Part shown: piece by piece, positions 20,067 through 28,467 of the stretch
How the letters are laid out: the number at the start of each line of letters is the position of its first letter
How positions within the stretch are numbered: the stretch's first letter is position 1
NCBI GenBank assembly: GCA_964649615.1
Contig: CAZYPW010000002.1
Location: forward strand, 66,969-130,968
Length of the DNA stretch: 64,000 nt
Direction of reading: 5' to 3'
Source: an uncultured Gammaproteobacteria bacterium
Lineage (GTDB): Bacteria; Patescibacteriota; Microgenomatia; Daviesbacterales; UBA10151
Program-made: the position numbers and the translations under genes
The notes under the pieces: generated by a model
Databases searched by the model: none
What the model was told of the DNA's origin: nothing
Seen by the model: the letters and a program-made list of their open reading frames with translations, nothing else

Positions 20067-21261
20067 TTTCTAGAGTACTTTTTACTGCCTGAAAATCCGA
20101 CCAGGGAATTTCCCTTTTTCCATCAAGATTAATTGATTTTTCATGGCCTTTGCCAAAAATAGCTATGGTATCTCCCTTTTTCCCCAAACTATTTATAGCA
20201 AAATCTATAGCCTTTTTTCTATCATCAATTATAAAAAAATTCCTGTTTAAAGCTCCCCCTGCACTTTCAACTCCTTGCTTTATTTGCTGATTAATTTCTT
20301 GCAGTTGTCCCCTTGGATCTTCTGAGGTAATAATTACAAAATCAGCTAATTTTTTGCTAATCTCCCCCATTAAACTCCTTTTTTTAATATCCCTTTTACC
20401 CGCTGATCCAAAGATAGCAATTAATCTTCCTTTAGTTTCTTTTTTTAAGGTTTTGAGGGCTTGTTCTAAGGCATTAGGCGTATGAGCAAAATCTATAATA
20501 ATTTTAATACCTCTGTTACTGCTTATTTCTTCCATCCTTCCTTCTACTCCGCTAAATTCCTCAAGTTTTCTTTGTGCCACATTTTTATCAATACCCAAGA
20601 CAAAAGCCACAGCCAAAGCTGCTAAGGCATTTTCAAGATTATAATCACCAGGAATTCTTAACTTTAACTTTATCTCTTTCTGATTAAGATCTCCCTGGTT
20701 TAAACCAAAAGTAATTAATTTCTCTTTAAACACTTTTACTACGGCCGTCAGATTTTGATTAATAATTACTCTATCTGATTTTTCAATCAGTTTTATTTTA
20801 GTATTAGAATAATTCTCAAAAGTTTTGTGATAGTCCAAATGCTCATGGGTAATATTAGTGATTACCCCAACATCAAATTTAATCCCCCAAAATCTATATT
20901 GATCTAAGGCATGTGAGGTTACTTCCAAAACTAAATATTCATCTCCACTATGCTTTGCAGAATTTGCAAATTTTTGTATCATAAATGGATCAGGGCTCGT
21001 AACATGAAATCCTGTATCATAAGTTTCCCCTCCAATTTCAGCATTAACAGTAGAAACCATAGAAACTTTTTTTCCAGCAGCTTTTAGAATCTGATAAATC
21101 ATATTTACAGCTGTAGTTTTCCCATCAGTTCCAGTTACCCCAATCACCTTAAGTTTTCTAGTGGGAAATACATATATCCAATTTGCCAAAACAGCTTTTG
21201 GCAGGTGATAAAAATTATTAATAGTTGATTGAGAAATAACCTTTTTTAAAAGTTGCTTCAT
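20059..21261 (-). CDS. murE: UDP-MurNAc-L-Ala-D-Glu:diamino-acid ligase MurE (short N-terminus, 400 aa)
   Basis: GVTGTDGKTT, ITNITHEHLDYH, DYNLENALAALAV and the C-terminal TSEDPRG (DNPR-like), all MurE hallmarks. Confidence 0.8.
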   Translation of the reverse strand: MKQLLKKVISQSTINNFYHLPKAVLANWIYVFPTRKLKVIGVTGTDGKTTAVNMIYQILKAAGKKVSMVSTVNAEIGGETYDTGFHVTSPDPFMIQKFANSAKHSGDEYLVLEVTSHALDQYRFWGIKFDVGVITNITHEHLDYHKTFENYSNTKIKLIEKSDRVIINQNLTAVVKVFKEKLITFGLNQGDLNQKEIKLKLRIPGDYNLENALAALAVAFVLGIDKNVAQRKLEEFSGVEGRMEEISSNRGIKIIIDFAHTPNALEQALKTLKKETKGRLIAIFGSAGKRDIKKRSLMGEISKKLADFVIITSEDPRGQLQEINQQIKQGVESAGGALNRNFFIIDDRKKAIDFAINSLGKKGDTIAIFGKGHEKSINLDGKREIPWSDFQAVKSTLENG

Positions 21262-21540
21262 GTGCCTAATTATAACGTAAACGTTACAAGAAGTTTACGA
21301 TGTAATCGTAAACGATTATAAACTTCCGCGATTTGTAAGTCCGCGGTTTTCTTAAAAGTTTACAAGAAACTGCAGAAAACCTTAACTCAGTATACCACCT
21401 ATCCCGCGGAAGACTGTAATCACTTTAGCATTCATCCCCGCTTTAAGAAAGCGGGGTTTTCTGCTAGTGATTATAACATCAGAAAAATATTTAATGGATA
21501 ATTTCAAACTATATACGGCCGTGAGTAGTTTGAAATTTAT
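21262..21540. promoter_or_regulatory. A 280-bp structured intergenic leader upstream of murE. It has three CGTAAAC(G) copies in alternating orientation plus TTACAAGAA repeats, and a CTTCCGCG…CGCGGAAG long-range inverted repeat. Two plus-strand terminator-like hairpins lie at 21326-21353 and 21436-21462.
   Basis: Read directly. The hairpin CCCCGC-tttaagaaa-GCGGGG followed by TTTTCT is GC-rich in an AT-rich genome. A candidate plus-strand promoter TTTACG-17-TATAAA lies at 21294-21322. Confidence 0.35.
21501..21532. repeat. Direct repeat copy 1 (ATTTCAA-N8-ACGGCCGTGAGTAGTTTG), abutting the stop of the wHTH-Cas2-like gene
   Basis: 16/18 identity to the 22056-22073 copy. The core ACGGCCGT is a perfect palindrome. 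It is embedded in an 11-bp inverted repeat AATTTCAAACT/AGTTTGAAATT. Confidence 0.7.
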
Positions 21541-22041
21541 TTAATCCACATTATTTGACTCAATTACTCTAACCCAATCCTTTATTCCAACTTTTCTAAT
21601 GAACTTTCTCAACAGTTCTGTGCAATTTTTCTTTGTTACCCAAACACTTTGTTGCCAGGGTATAAATCCCCATGATTTTAATTTCTGCCTAAGAACATCT
21701 CTTGCAACTCTTCTTTTCTCAGGAATATCAAATATTATTATTCTCCATTTTCCATCCCATTTGTCCTCATCCATAAGTAATTTTGAGAAAAGAGCCTTTT
21801 CCTTACCCTTATCTGTTAATCTAAGAACAAGTTGAGTATCGTCAATAAAATCTACCAGACCGTTTTCTCTAAGTCTTTTTAGAGCTAAAGCAAAAGATGA
21901 TTTCTTTAAAGGATAATCCCAACCACTATGATAAGCATCATATCCTGGATTATTAATAAGATCATCAAACCTTATAACCCCATCCACTGATTTTTCTAAA
22001 GCTAACAAGATCAAGCTAGATAAACTTTTCTTTTTATACAT
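21541..22041 (-). CDS. Winged-HTH + Cas2-like (VapD/Cas2 fold) small protein, a putative PaaX-like transcriptional regulator; 166 aa
   Basis: The N-terminal ~90 aa look like a wHTH (…ALKRLRENGLVDF…). The C-terminus WRIIIFDIPEKRRVARDVLRQKLKSWGFIPWQQSVWV matches the Cas2 core pattern (b-strand-YD[IV]-x-x-x-KRR-x-K/R-L-x-x-x-L-x-x-x-G-x-R-x-Q-x-S-V-[FW]). No cas1 or array is nearby. Confidence 0.55.
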   Translation of the reverse strand: MYKKKSLSSLILLALEKSVDGVIRFDDLINNPGYDAYHSGWDYPLKKSSFALALKRLRENGLVDFIDDTQLVLRLTDKGKEKALFSKLLMDEDKWDGKWRIIIFDIPEKRRVARDVLRQKLKSWGFIPWQQSVWVTKKNCTELLRKFIRKVGIKDWVRVIESNNVD

Positions 22042-22073
22042 ATTTCAAGATTATCACGGCCGTGGGTACTTTG
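22042..22073. repeat. Direct repeat copy 2 (ATTTCAA-N9-CACGGCCGTGGGTACTTTG), abutting the start codon of the wHTH-Cas2-like gene and overlapping a -10-like GATAAT on the minus strand
   Basis: Read directly. A 10-bp perfect palindrome CACGGCCGTG. Confidence 0.7.
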
Positions 22074-22217
22074 TCGATAATAATCTTAAAAAAGTCTTAG
22101 CTTTAATTTTTCCAGGGAGCCAGAAAATCAGCTGTATACCTCCAAGTGTCCTAAGTAAACACCTCGATATGTTATTCACTGGGAGCAATTTTATAGTAAG
22201 CGAGGCTTGCTTTAAGC

Positions 22218-23921
22218 TCACTCCGAAGGAGCGATCTTAAAGTAGGTAAAAAGTTCTTTGGCTATTTCAAAAAAGGTGGGGGCTGCTGTTTCTGAACCAT
22301 ATACAGAAGATGAAGGTTGATCATATCTAACCAGCATCACAAATTTTGGATCATCGGCTGGGGCAAAACCCACAAATGAAGCAATGGTTTTATTTGGATC
22401 ATAATGCCCTGCAATAGGAATTTGAGCAGTACCTGTTTTACCGGCAATTTTAAACCCCTTAGGTTTAGCAAATTTTGCTTCTCCTTCCTCTACTGCTGCC
22501 ACCATCATCTCTGTTACAATCTTGGCAGTACTTTCTTTGATGACTTGTTTTACAATCTTAGGTTTTATCTCATAGGTATCGTTATCTCCTACAATTTTTT
22601 TTACAATTTGTGGCTCCATTAGAGATCCTCCATTAGCAATAGCTGCTACAGCCCTAACCATTTGAATAGGAGTAACTGCAATTCCCTGACCAAAGGAAGC
22701 TGTTGCCAGATCAATCTCACGCCAGTTTGTTTTATCCCTTATTTCAGGTGAGGATTCATCCTGCAAGTCAATTTTTGTCTGTTCACCAAAGCCAAAATTT
22801 TGCAAATATTCATAAAATTTATCCAAACCCAATTTTTGGGCAGTAAAAACCATTCCAGTATTATCTGAGTGAATAATTACCTCCTTTAAGCTAATTTCCT
22901 CCTGGTATTTATTATTCCAGGTTCTAATAATAAACCCACCTTGAGAGATTGGCCCTGAACATATATCACATTTGGTATCAGGTTTGACTAAATCCTCATT
23001 TATTGCTCCTGCCATCACTAAAACTTTAAAAGTAGAACCAGGCTCATACTGGTCAGCAACTACTGGATTTTTATAATTTTCTTTAGGAAAATCAAAATAT
23101 TTTAACGGATCATAATTAGGGTAAGAGGCCATTCCTAAAATAGCCCCTGTGCTGGGCTCCATCACTACCACCAAACCAGCCTTAGCCCCATATTTTTCCA
23201 TCCCTTTTTTAAGGATATTCTCTACTATAAATTGGACTGAACGGTCAATATGAAGCACTAAATCCTTACCATTTTTAGCATCAGTGGTTAAAAAATTACC
23301 TATCAAAATTGGTAAACCTAAAGCATCTTTTTCATGTTTAATTAAGCCTGATACACCCTTTAGCTCACCCTCATAAAAACCTTCAACTCCAAAATATCCT
23401 GTACTTGCCCCTTTAGCATCAGATCCGACAAACCCAAGCAGATGGGCGGTACTTGATCCTTCTGGATAAAAACGGAGGCTGCTTTGCTCAAAACCTACCC
23501 CGGTAATCTTTTGATCCTCAATCTCTTTTTTTTGCCCAACTGTGATATTTTTTTTCAAAGATACCCAATATAAATCCTGTGATAGCTTTTCTATAAAATT
23601 TTTAGCCAGCTCTTCAATTTGGCTTTCTTTCACATCAGGCAATAAAATTCTGGCCAATTTATAAACAGTCTCTATTCTTTTTTCTTTTTCAATTGATTTT
23701 GGCAGGCCAAAAAGAGAATATGCAGGATTAGTGGAAGCAATCAGAGTACCATCAGAAAAATGGATATTGCCCCGGGTAGCACTGACTCTTATGCTGCTTG
23801 TATACTGGTTCTCTGCTTGAGCTTGTAAAAACTCTGCTTTAACTATCTGCCAGTAAAAAAGCCTTAAGGTAATGCTTACAAAAAAGATTATAAAAAATAA
23901 TTTAATCCAATATATCCGCAT
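22218..23921 (-). CDS. ftsI: Penicillin-binding protein transpeptidase FtsI (class B PBP)
   Basis: An N-terminal TM, with STFK (SxxK), SDN (SxN) and KTGTAQ (KTG). Confidence 0.9.
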   Translation of the reverse strand: MRIYWIKLFFIIFFVSITLRLFYWQIVKAEFLQAQAENQYTSSIRVSATRGNIHFSDGTLIASTNPAYSLFGLPKSIEKEKRIETVYKLARILLPDVKESQIEELAKNFIEKLSQDLYWVSLKKNITVGQKKEIEDQKITGVGFEQSSLRFYPEGSSTAHLLGFVGSDAKGASTGYFGVEGFYEGELKGVSGLIKHEKDALGLPILIGNFLTTDAKNGKDLVLHIDRSVQFIVENILKKGMEKYGAKAGLVVVMEPSTGAILGMASYPNYDPLKYFDFPKENYKNPVVADQYEPGSTFKVLVMAGAINEDLVKPDTKCDICSGPISQGGFIIRTWNNKYQEEISLKEVIIHSDNTGMVFTAQKLGLDKFYEYLQNFGFGEQTKIDLQDESSPEIRDKTNWREIDLATASFGQGIAVTPIQMVRAVAAIANGGSLMEPQIVKKIVGDNDTYEIKPKIVKQVIKESTAKIVTEMMVAAVEEGEAKFAKPKGFKIAGKTGTAQIPIAGHYDPNKTIASFVGFAPADDPKFVMLVRYDQPSSSVYGSETAAPTFFEIAKELFTYFKIAPSE

Positions 23922-24220
23922 TAACGGATATATTGTATATTGGTTAGCTTAGAAAAACCAAGGCTAGCAGATGATGAAGCAATAGTTGATAAAGAGGACC
24001 CCTGGGCAATTTGGTTTTCCAGGATTCGATTTTCTTGTGTCAAATTTTTTCTAATAGCCTGCAAGGATTCAAATTTTTGGCCATAAGTGACTGTGGTATT
24101 ACTAACCCAAATTTCCAGCATCACTAGAGAAAACAGTCCAAAAATTGAGAGGACTATATATTTTTTGCTAAGCCTACTTGGTTTTATTTCTTCTGTGTCA
24201 AATTTTTTAATTATAGTCAT
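23921..24220 (-). CDS. ftsL: FtsL-like septum-formation bitopic protein
   Basis: A 99-aa protein with a single TM and a coiled-coil region, in the position between rsmH and ftsI. Confidence 0.6.
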   Translation of the reverse strand: MTIIKKFDTEEIKPSRLSKKYIVLSIFGLFSLVMLEIWVSNTTVTYGQKFESLQAIRKNLTQENRILENQIAQGSSLSTIASSSASLGFSKLTNIQYIR

Positions 24221-25095
24221 AGTTCAAATATCCTCATTTTTGCCGATCTTGAGCGGGGATTACTCTTCAGCTCTTCCTCGCTTGGTGTAATCGGTTTATC
24301 TGTTAGAATGTGGCCTAAATTTTGATCTTGCCATCTCAAAAATGTATTTTTGACAATCCTGTCTTCCAAAGAATGAAAGGAAATTAACACAATCCTTCCT
24401 TCCACCAGATCTTTAACCTCATCTAACCCTTCTTGTAAAACATTCAATTCATCATTCACTGCTATTCTTAATGCTTGAAAAGCTTTAGTTGCAGGATGCA
24501 TTTTTCCCCTTCTTCCTAAACTTTTCTCTGCAATTTCTGCCAGATCCTTGGTTGTCTTAATCTGCCTTATTTGACGGGCGCTGATAATAGCAGCAGATAA
24601 GGCTTTAGCAAATTTTTCTTCACCCAATTTAGTAAATAGCTCATATAATTCTCCTTTATTTAATACATTCACCAAATCTAAAGCCTTAACTTGTAAGGTA
24701 GGATCCATTCTCATATCCAAAGAGCCTTCATACATAAAAGAAAACCCCCTTTCAGGAGTCTGAAGTTGCAAACTGGAGACCCCCAAATCAAAAATTGCCC
24801 CCACAAATTTTTGGCCTGTAAGTTCCGCGGGCTCTAATAAATTTTTAATGTCTCTAAAATTTCCCTGAACTAACTTAAATCTATTCTCATCTATCCCTAA
24901 ACCCTTCAGCCTTATCTTTACCCTTTGGAGGGCCTGCGGATCTACATCAATTCCCAAAACCTTCCCGCCTCTTTTAAGTATTTCAACCGTATGCCCTCCA
25001 TCACCCAAAGTTGTATCCAGATACCACCTATCTCCTACAACTTTTAATGCTTCAATTGCTTCTTTTAAAAGAACACTCCTGTGATACCCTTCCAT
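24217..25095 (-). CDS. rsmH: 16S rRNA (cytosine1402-N4)-methyltransferase RsmH/MraW
   Basis: HRSVLLKEAIEAL…DTTLGDGGHT, the standard RsmH N-terminus. Confidence 0.9.
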   Translation of the reverse strand: MEGYHRSVLLKEAIEALKVVGDRWYLDTTLGDGGHTVEILKRGGKVLGIDVDPQALQRVKIRLKGLGIDENRFKLVQGNFRDIKNLLEPAELTGQKFVGAIFDLGVSSLQLQTPERGFSFMYEGSLDMRMDPTLQVKALDLVNVLNKGELYELFTKLGEEKFAKALSAAIISARQIRQIKTTKDLAEIAEKSLGRRGKMHPATKAFQALRIAVNDELNVLQEGLDEVKDLVEGRIVLISFHSLEDRIVKNTFLRWQDQNLGHILTDKPITPSEEELKSNPRSRSAKMRIFEL

Positions 25096-25099
25096 AACC

Positions 25100-25492
25100 C
25101 TATTTCAATCGTTCTTGCTGCTTTTTCCAAAGATTTAAATCCCATACCTCAAAATGATCACCTGCACCGATAATAAACACCTCTTTCTTCAAATTTAAAT
25201 TCTCTATAAACTCTTGGGGAAGAATAAATCTTCCCTGAGTATCCAAGGTGCATTCCTCCGCTTTAGGAAAAAGCTTCAGCCTTTTTACTCTACCCTCCTC
25301 TGTGGAAAGTGGGAATTCCAGAATACTACCTGTTAATTTCGACCAATTTCTAGGATCAAATCCCCATATTTCCCCATTTTCCCCCAAAAGTATATAAAAC
25401 TTATCTTCATTCCCTAATTCCTTCCTAAACCTCTTTGGTAAAATTAGTCTATTTCTGCCACTGAAGTAAGTTTTAAATCTACCCAAGAACAT
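25100..25492 (-). CDS. mraZ: Transcriptional regulator MraZ
   Basis: The MFLGRFKTYFSGRNRLILPKRFR… duplicated MraZ fold, 130 aa, at the head of the dcw cluster. Confidence 0.9.
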   Translation of the reverse strand: MFLGRFKTYFSGRNRLILPKRFRKELGNEDKFYILLGENGEIWGFDPRNWSKLTGSILEFPLSTEEGRVKRLKLFPKAEECTLDTQGRFILPQEFIENLNLKKEVFIIGAGDHFEVWDLNLWKKQQERLK

Positions 25493-25605
25493 GAAGCCAT
25501 CTTCTTTCTGGGCAGTTTCACCATCTATTACTATTTTCCGCCATTTTAATACTAATTGTCAATACCCATTTTGGGCTTTTTGGCTAGGCGAACTGCGATG
25601 CGGCT

Positions 25606-26523
25606 CTATTTTTTAGGAGTTAAAACTGCAAATATACCTGCACCTTCTGCTTTTCCAGATAATTTAGATCCATCTATTTTTGTATCTATTTCTTCCCAGT
25701 CATTTTTAGATTCATTAAACCTGTAAACTAAAGCACCCTCTGCAGGACTTTCGGCAAGTTCCAAAGTTATATCTCCATGAGGCAAATCCTTAGCTGTAGG
25801 AACATTTAAAGCATAAACTTTCCCTAAAACCTCTTTTCCATTTGGCAGCTTGGGTACTCCTGTTAAATCCTGAGTAATAGAAAATCCTACTGCATTCAAT
25901 TCCTCTCTTTTGGCATCAACTTTATAGCTAAAATGGTTGTCTCCTGAAGTTAAATTCCCTAATGCTAGGTCTGGCTTTTGCAAATGCCACAATGTTACCA
26001 TTCTATATGCTTTATTGCCTTTCCTGATGTGCAAAGTTAATGTCCCGTTTTCCACTCCTTTATCATATTTACAAACCTGCTTAGAACAAGTCCCAAATAA
26101 AATCTCCTGCTCATACTCACCTTTTTTATCCCCTGTTTCGATTGTTCCTGAAACTCCTCTGTCTATGCTTCCTCCAACTGATCCTTCTCCATCATCTTCT
26201 GTTATTCTGTTACCAGAAACCACAGTCTCCTCAGGAGTACTACTGTAAGCTAGATCATAAGAAATGGAATCATAAGAGCTAGTTCTTTTAATATTTAAAA
26301 CTAAGGCATTTCCATCACGTCTTGGGTAAGTTAGCGCATATGGACCTTCAGCATCAAAAAATAGATCAACTTCTTCTGAAACTTCTTGATTGGAATTAAA
26401 ATTTTGAAAAACAAAAGACCCTGCACTAATAATAAGAAGTAAACCAAGGGCCAAAAAAACAGTCACCTTGTGGGCAACCAGAAAAATACGAAATTTTTCT
26501 AACAAAGCATTAAATGCGTTCAT
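25606..26523 (-). CDS. Hypothetical membrane-anchored extracytoplasmic protein (305 aa)
   Basis: An N-terminal TM (VTVFLALGLLLIISAGSFVF) and an acidic/Gly-rich ectodomain. No recognizable motif. Confidence 0.5.
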   Translation of the reverse strand: MNAFNALLEKFRIFLVAHKVTVFLALGLLLIISAGSFVFQNFNSNQEVSEEVDLFFDAEGPYALTYPRRDGNALVLNIKRTSSYDSISYDLAYSSTPEETVVSGNRITEDDGEGSVGGSIDRGVSGTIETGDKKGEYEQEILFGTCSKQVCKYDKGVENGTLTLHIRKGNKAYRMVTLWHLQKPDLALGNLTSGDNHFSYKVDAKREELNAVGFSITQDLTGVPKLPNGKEVLGKVYALNVPTAKDLPHGDITLELAESPAEGALVYRFNESKNDWEEIDTKIDGSKLSGKAEGAGIFAVLTPKK

Positions 26524-27817
26524 TTAAATAATTTTTAAGCTCAGTTATCTTCACCCTATTCTGCTTTGCAGAATCCCTATCTCTGACTGTCACCATCTCA
26601 TCTTCTAAGGATTGAAAATCAACTGTAATGCAAAAAGGCGTTCCAATTTCATCTTGAGAAGCATATCTTTTACCAATATTGCCCCTATCATCCCACGCTA
26701 CCATAAAATCCTGCTTTAATCCATCATATATGCTTTTAGCCTTTTTAATCAGCTCTTCTTTATTTCCAAGGAGCGGAAAAACAGCTGCCTTAAATGGGGC
26801 AAGTTTTGGATGAAGCTTAAGCAGAACTCTTCCTTCATCTTCTGTATAAGCATCGATTAGTAAAAATAAGGTAGACCTATCAACTCCTGCAGATGTTTCT
26901 ATATCATGGGGAATATATTCCTCACCAATCTCAGGATCCCTGTAACTTAAATCCTGGCCGCTGAATTTTGTATGCCTGGATAAATCGAAGTCACCCCTGT
27001 GGTGTATTCCCATAAATTCAGACCATCCAAAGGGAGCATTATATTCTATATCTGTGGCCATCTTTGCATAATGAGCTCTTTCATGATCTGCATGGTCTCT
27101 AAACCTTAGATTCTCTTTTTTCATCCCCAGAGATAGATAGAAATCCATCATGTTTTGTTTCCAATATTCAAACCATTTTTTACCCTCTTTTTGATCAGGC
27201 TTGATGTAGAACTGAACTTCCATTTGTTCAAATTCTCTAGATCTAAACGTAAAATTTCCAGGAGTTATCTCATTTCTAAAAGCCTTGCCAATTTGGGCAA
27301 TGCCGAAAGGTATTTTTACCCTGGTGGAATCCAAAACATTTTTAAAATTAACATGTACTCCATTTGTTATTTCTCCCCGCAAATATATTTCTGATTGTTT
27401 TCCTTCTAAAACTCCCAAATATGCTTTAACAAGTAAATTAAATTGCTGAGGTTCTGTCCATTCAACTTTTTCTCCTTTGTGGGTTTCCTCATGTGATTTA
27501 ATTTCCTCACTCTTATCTGCTCTAAATCTTTGGTTACAGGCTTTACACTCCACCAATGGATCAGAAAATGCCTCCACATGGCCAGATGCTTCCCAAGCTT
27601 TAGGATTCATCATGATGGCTGCATCCACCCCAACTATATCCTCCCTAAGCTGTACCATCTCCTTCCACCAAAGATCTTTGAGATTTTTCTTTAAAAGTGC
27701 TCCAGCAGGTCCATAATCCCAAGTTCCACCCAATCCCCCATAGATCTCAGATCCGGGATATATAAACCCTCTTCTTTTACAAAGAGCTACAATTTTTTGC
27801 ATTAAATCTTCATCCAT
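26510..27817 (-). CDS. glyQS: Glycyl-tRNA synthetase (class II, dimeric type)
   Basis: N-terminus …RRGFIYPGSEIYGGLGGTWDYGPAGALLKKN…, the classic GlyRS motif 1 region. Confidence 0.85.
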   Translation of the reverse strand: MDEDLMQKIVALCKRRGFIYPGSEIYGGLGGTWDYGPAGALLKKNLKDLWWKEMVQLREDIVGVDAAIMMNPKAWEASGHVEAFSDPLVECKACNQRFRADKSEEIKSHEETHKGEKVEWTEPQQFNLLVKAYLGVLEGKQSEIYLRGEITNGVHVNFKNVLDSTRVKIPFGIAQIGKAFRNEITPGNFTFRSREFEQMEVQFYIKPDQKEGKKWFEYWKQNMMDFYLSLGMKKENLRFRDHADHERAHYAKMATDIEYNAPFGWSEFMGIHHRGDFDLSRHTKFSGQDLSYRDPEIGEEYIPHDIETSAGVDRSTLFLLIDAYTEDEGRVLLKLHPKLAPFKAAVFPLLGNKEELIKKAKSIYDGLKQDFMVAWDDRGNIGKRYASQDEIGTPFCITVDFQSLEDEMVTVRDRDSAKQNRVKITELKNYLNERI

Positions 27818-28467
27818 ATTTTTTTCAAGAACCTTCTACTTTTAAGTGATCCTTCTACCACCTTTTCTAAATGATATCTTAAAACACGCTCCAGTTCCAG
27901 AGCTTCTTTTTCCTTAATTTCCATTTTCTCAATTTCATCCCAAGATCCCATCTCCAATTTCTTCATCAACTCTTCTATATTTCCACCTCGGAGGTGGAAT
28001 TGTAGCTCCACCTCGGGATTTTTAAAACTAATGAAACCTAAATTAACTAAAATTTTTACTTCAAATGCCCTGATAAAAATTTGTCTAGGTTTTTGCTCAA
28101 GTCTTTTTAAAACTTCCACCAAATACTCATATAATATTCTGTTTTCCTGGTTTTCAGCCGTAAGTTTATCTACTAACTCTATAATGTGATACGCATAAGT
28201 TGAAAGAGTCAAATCGCTCTTTATTTTTTGGAAAGTATCTAAACTAGAAGCTTCTGTAAGAATTAAAAAACTCTTTGCCTGATGCAAATATATTAAACTT
28301 CTATTTAAAAGTTCCACATTCCCTGACCTTTTTGAGGTAATTCTTCTAACTCCTTTTGCTAATACTGATATTTTACCTAGCTTTTGAGTAAATACAGTTA
28401 AAATTCTATCAGCTTCTGAAAAATCTTTCCTTTTTAAAATTATCCCCTCTGTTTTTACTGCAACCAT
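27802..28467 (-). CDS. recO: DNA repair protein RecO
   Basis: EGIILKRKDFSEADRILTVFTQKLGKISVLAKGVRR, matching the RecO N-terminal OB fold. Confidence 0.75.
   Translation of the reverse strand: MVAVKTEGIILKRKDFSEADRILTVFTQKLGKISVLAKGVRRITSKRSGNVELLNRSLIYLHQAKSFLILTEASSLDTFQKIKSDLTLSTYAYHIIELVDKLTAENQENRILYEYLVEVLKRLEQKPRQIFIRAFEVKILVNLGFISFKNPEVELQFHLRGGNIEELMKKLEMGSWDEIEKMEIKEKEALELERVLRYHLEKVVEGSLKSRRFLKKIWMKI

Noticed and set aside
21541-22041. Possible CRISPR-Cas locus, because of the Cas2-like domain
   Set aside because: No spaced direct-repeat array, no cas1 and no other cas genes occur anywhere in the window. The only repeats are two operator-like copies flanking the gene. It is better interpreted as a PaaX-like regulator carrying a Cas2 fold.
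22190-22217. A CUCC-UUCG-GGAG tetraloop hairpin 12 nt downstream of the ftsI stop (minus strand), as a possible terminator
   Set aside because: It has only a 4-5-bp stem and no following U-tract. At most it is an mRNA-stabilizing hairpin.
25493-25605. Looked for MraZ operator repeats (TGGGN direct repeats) upstream of mraZ
   Set aside because: Only loose TTTTGGGC/TTTTGGCT tandem motifs were found, which is not convincing enough to annotate a binding site.
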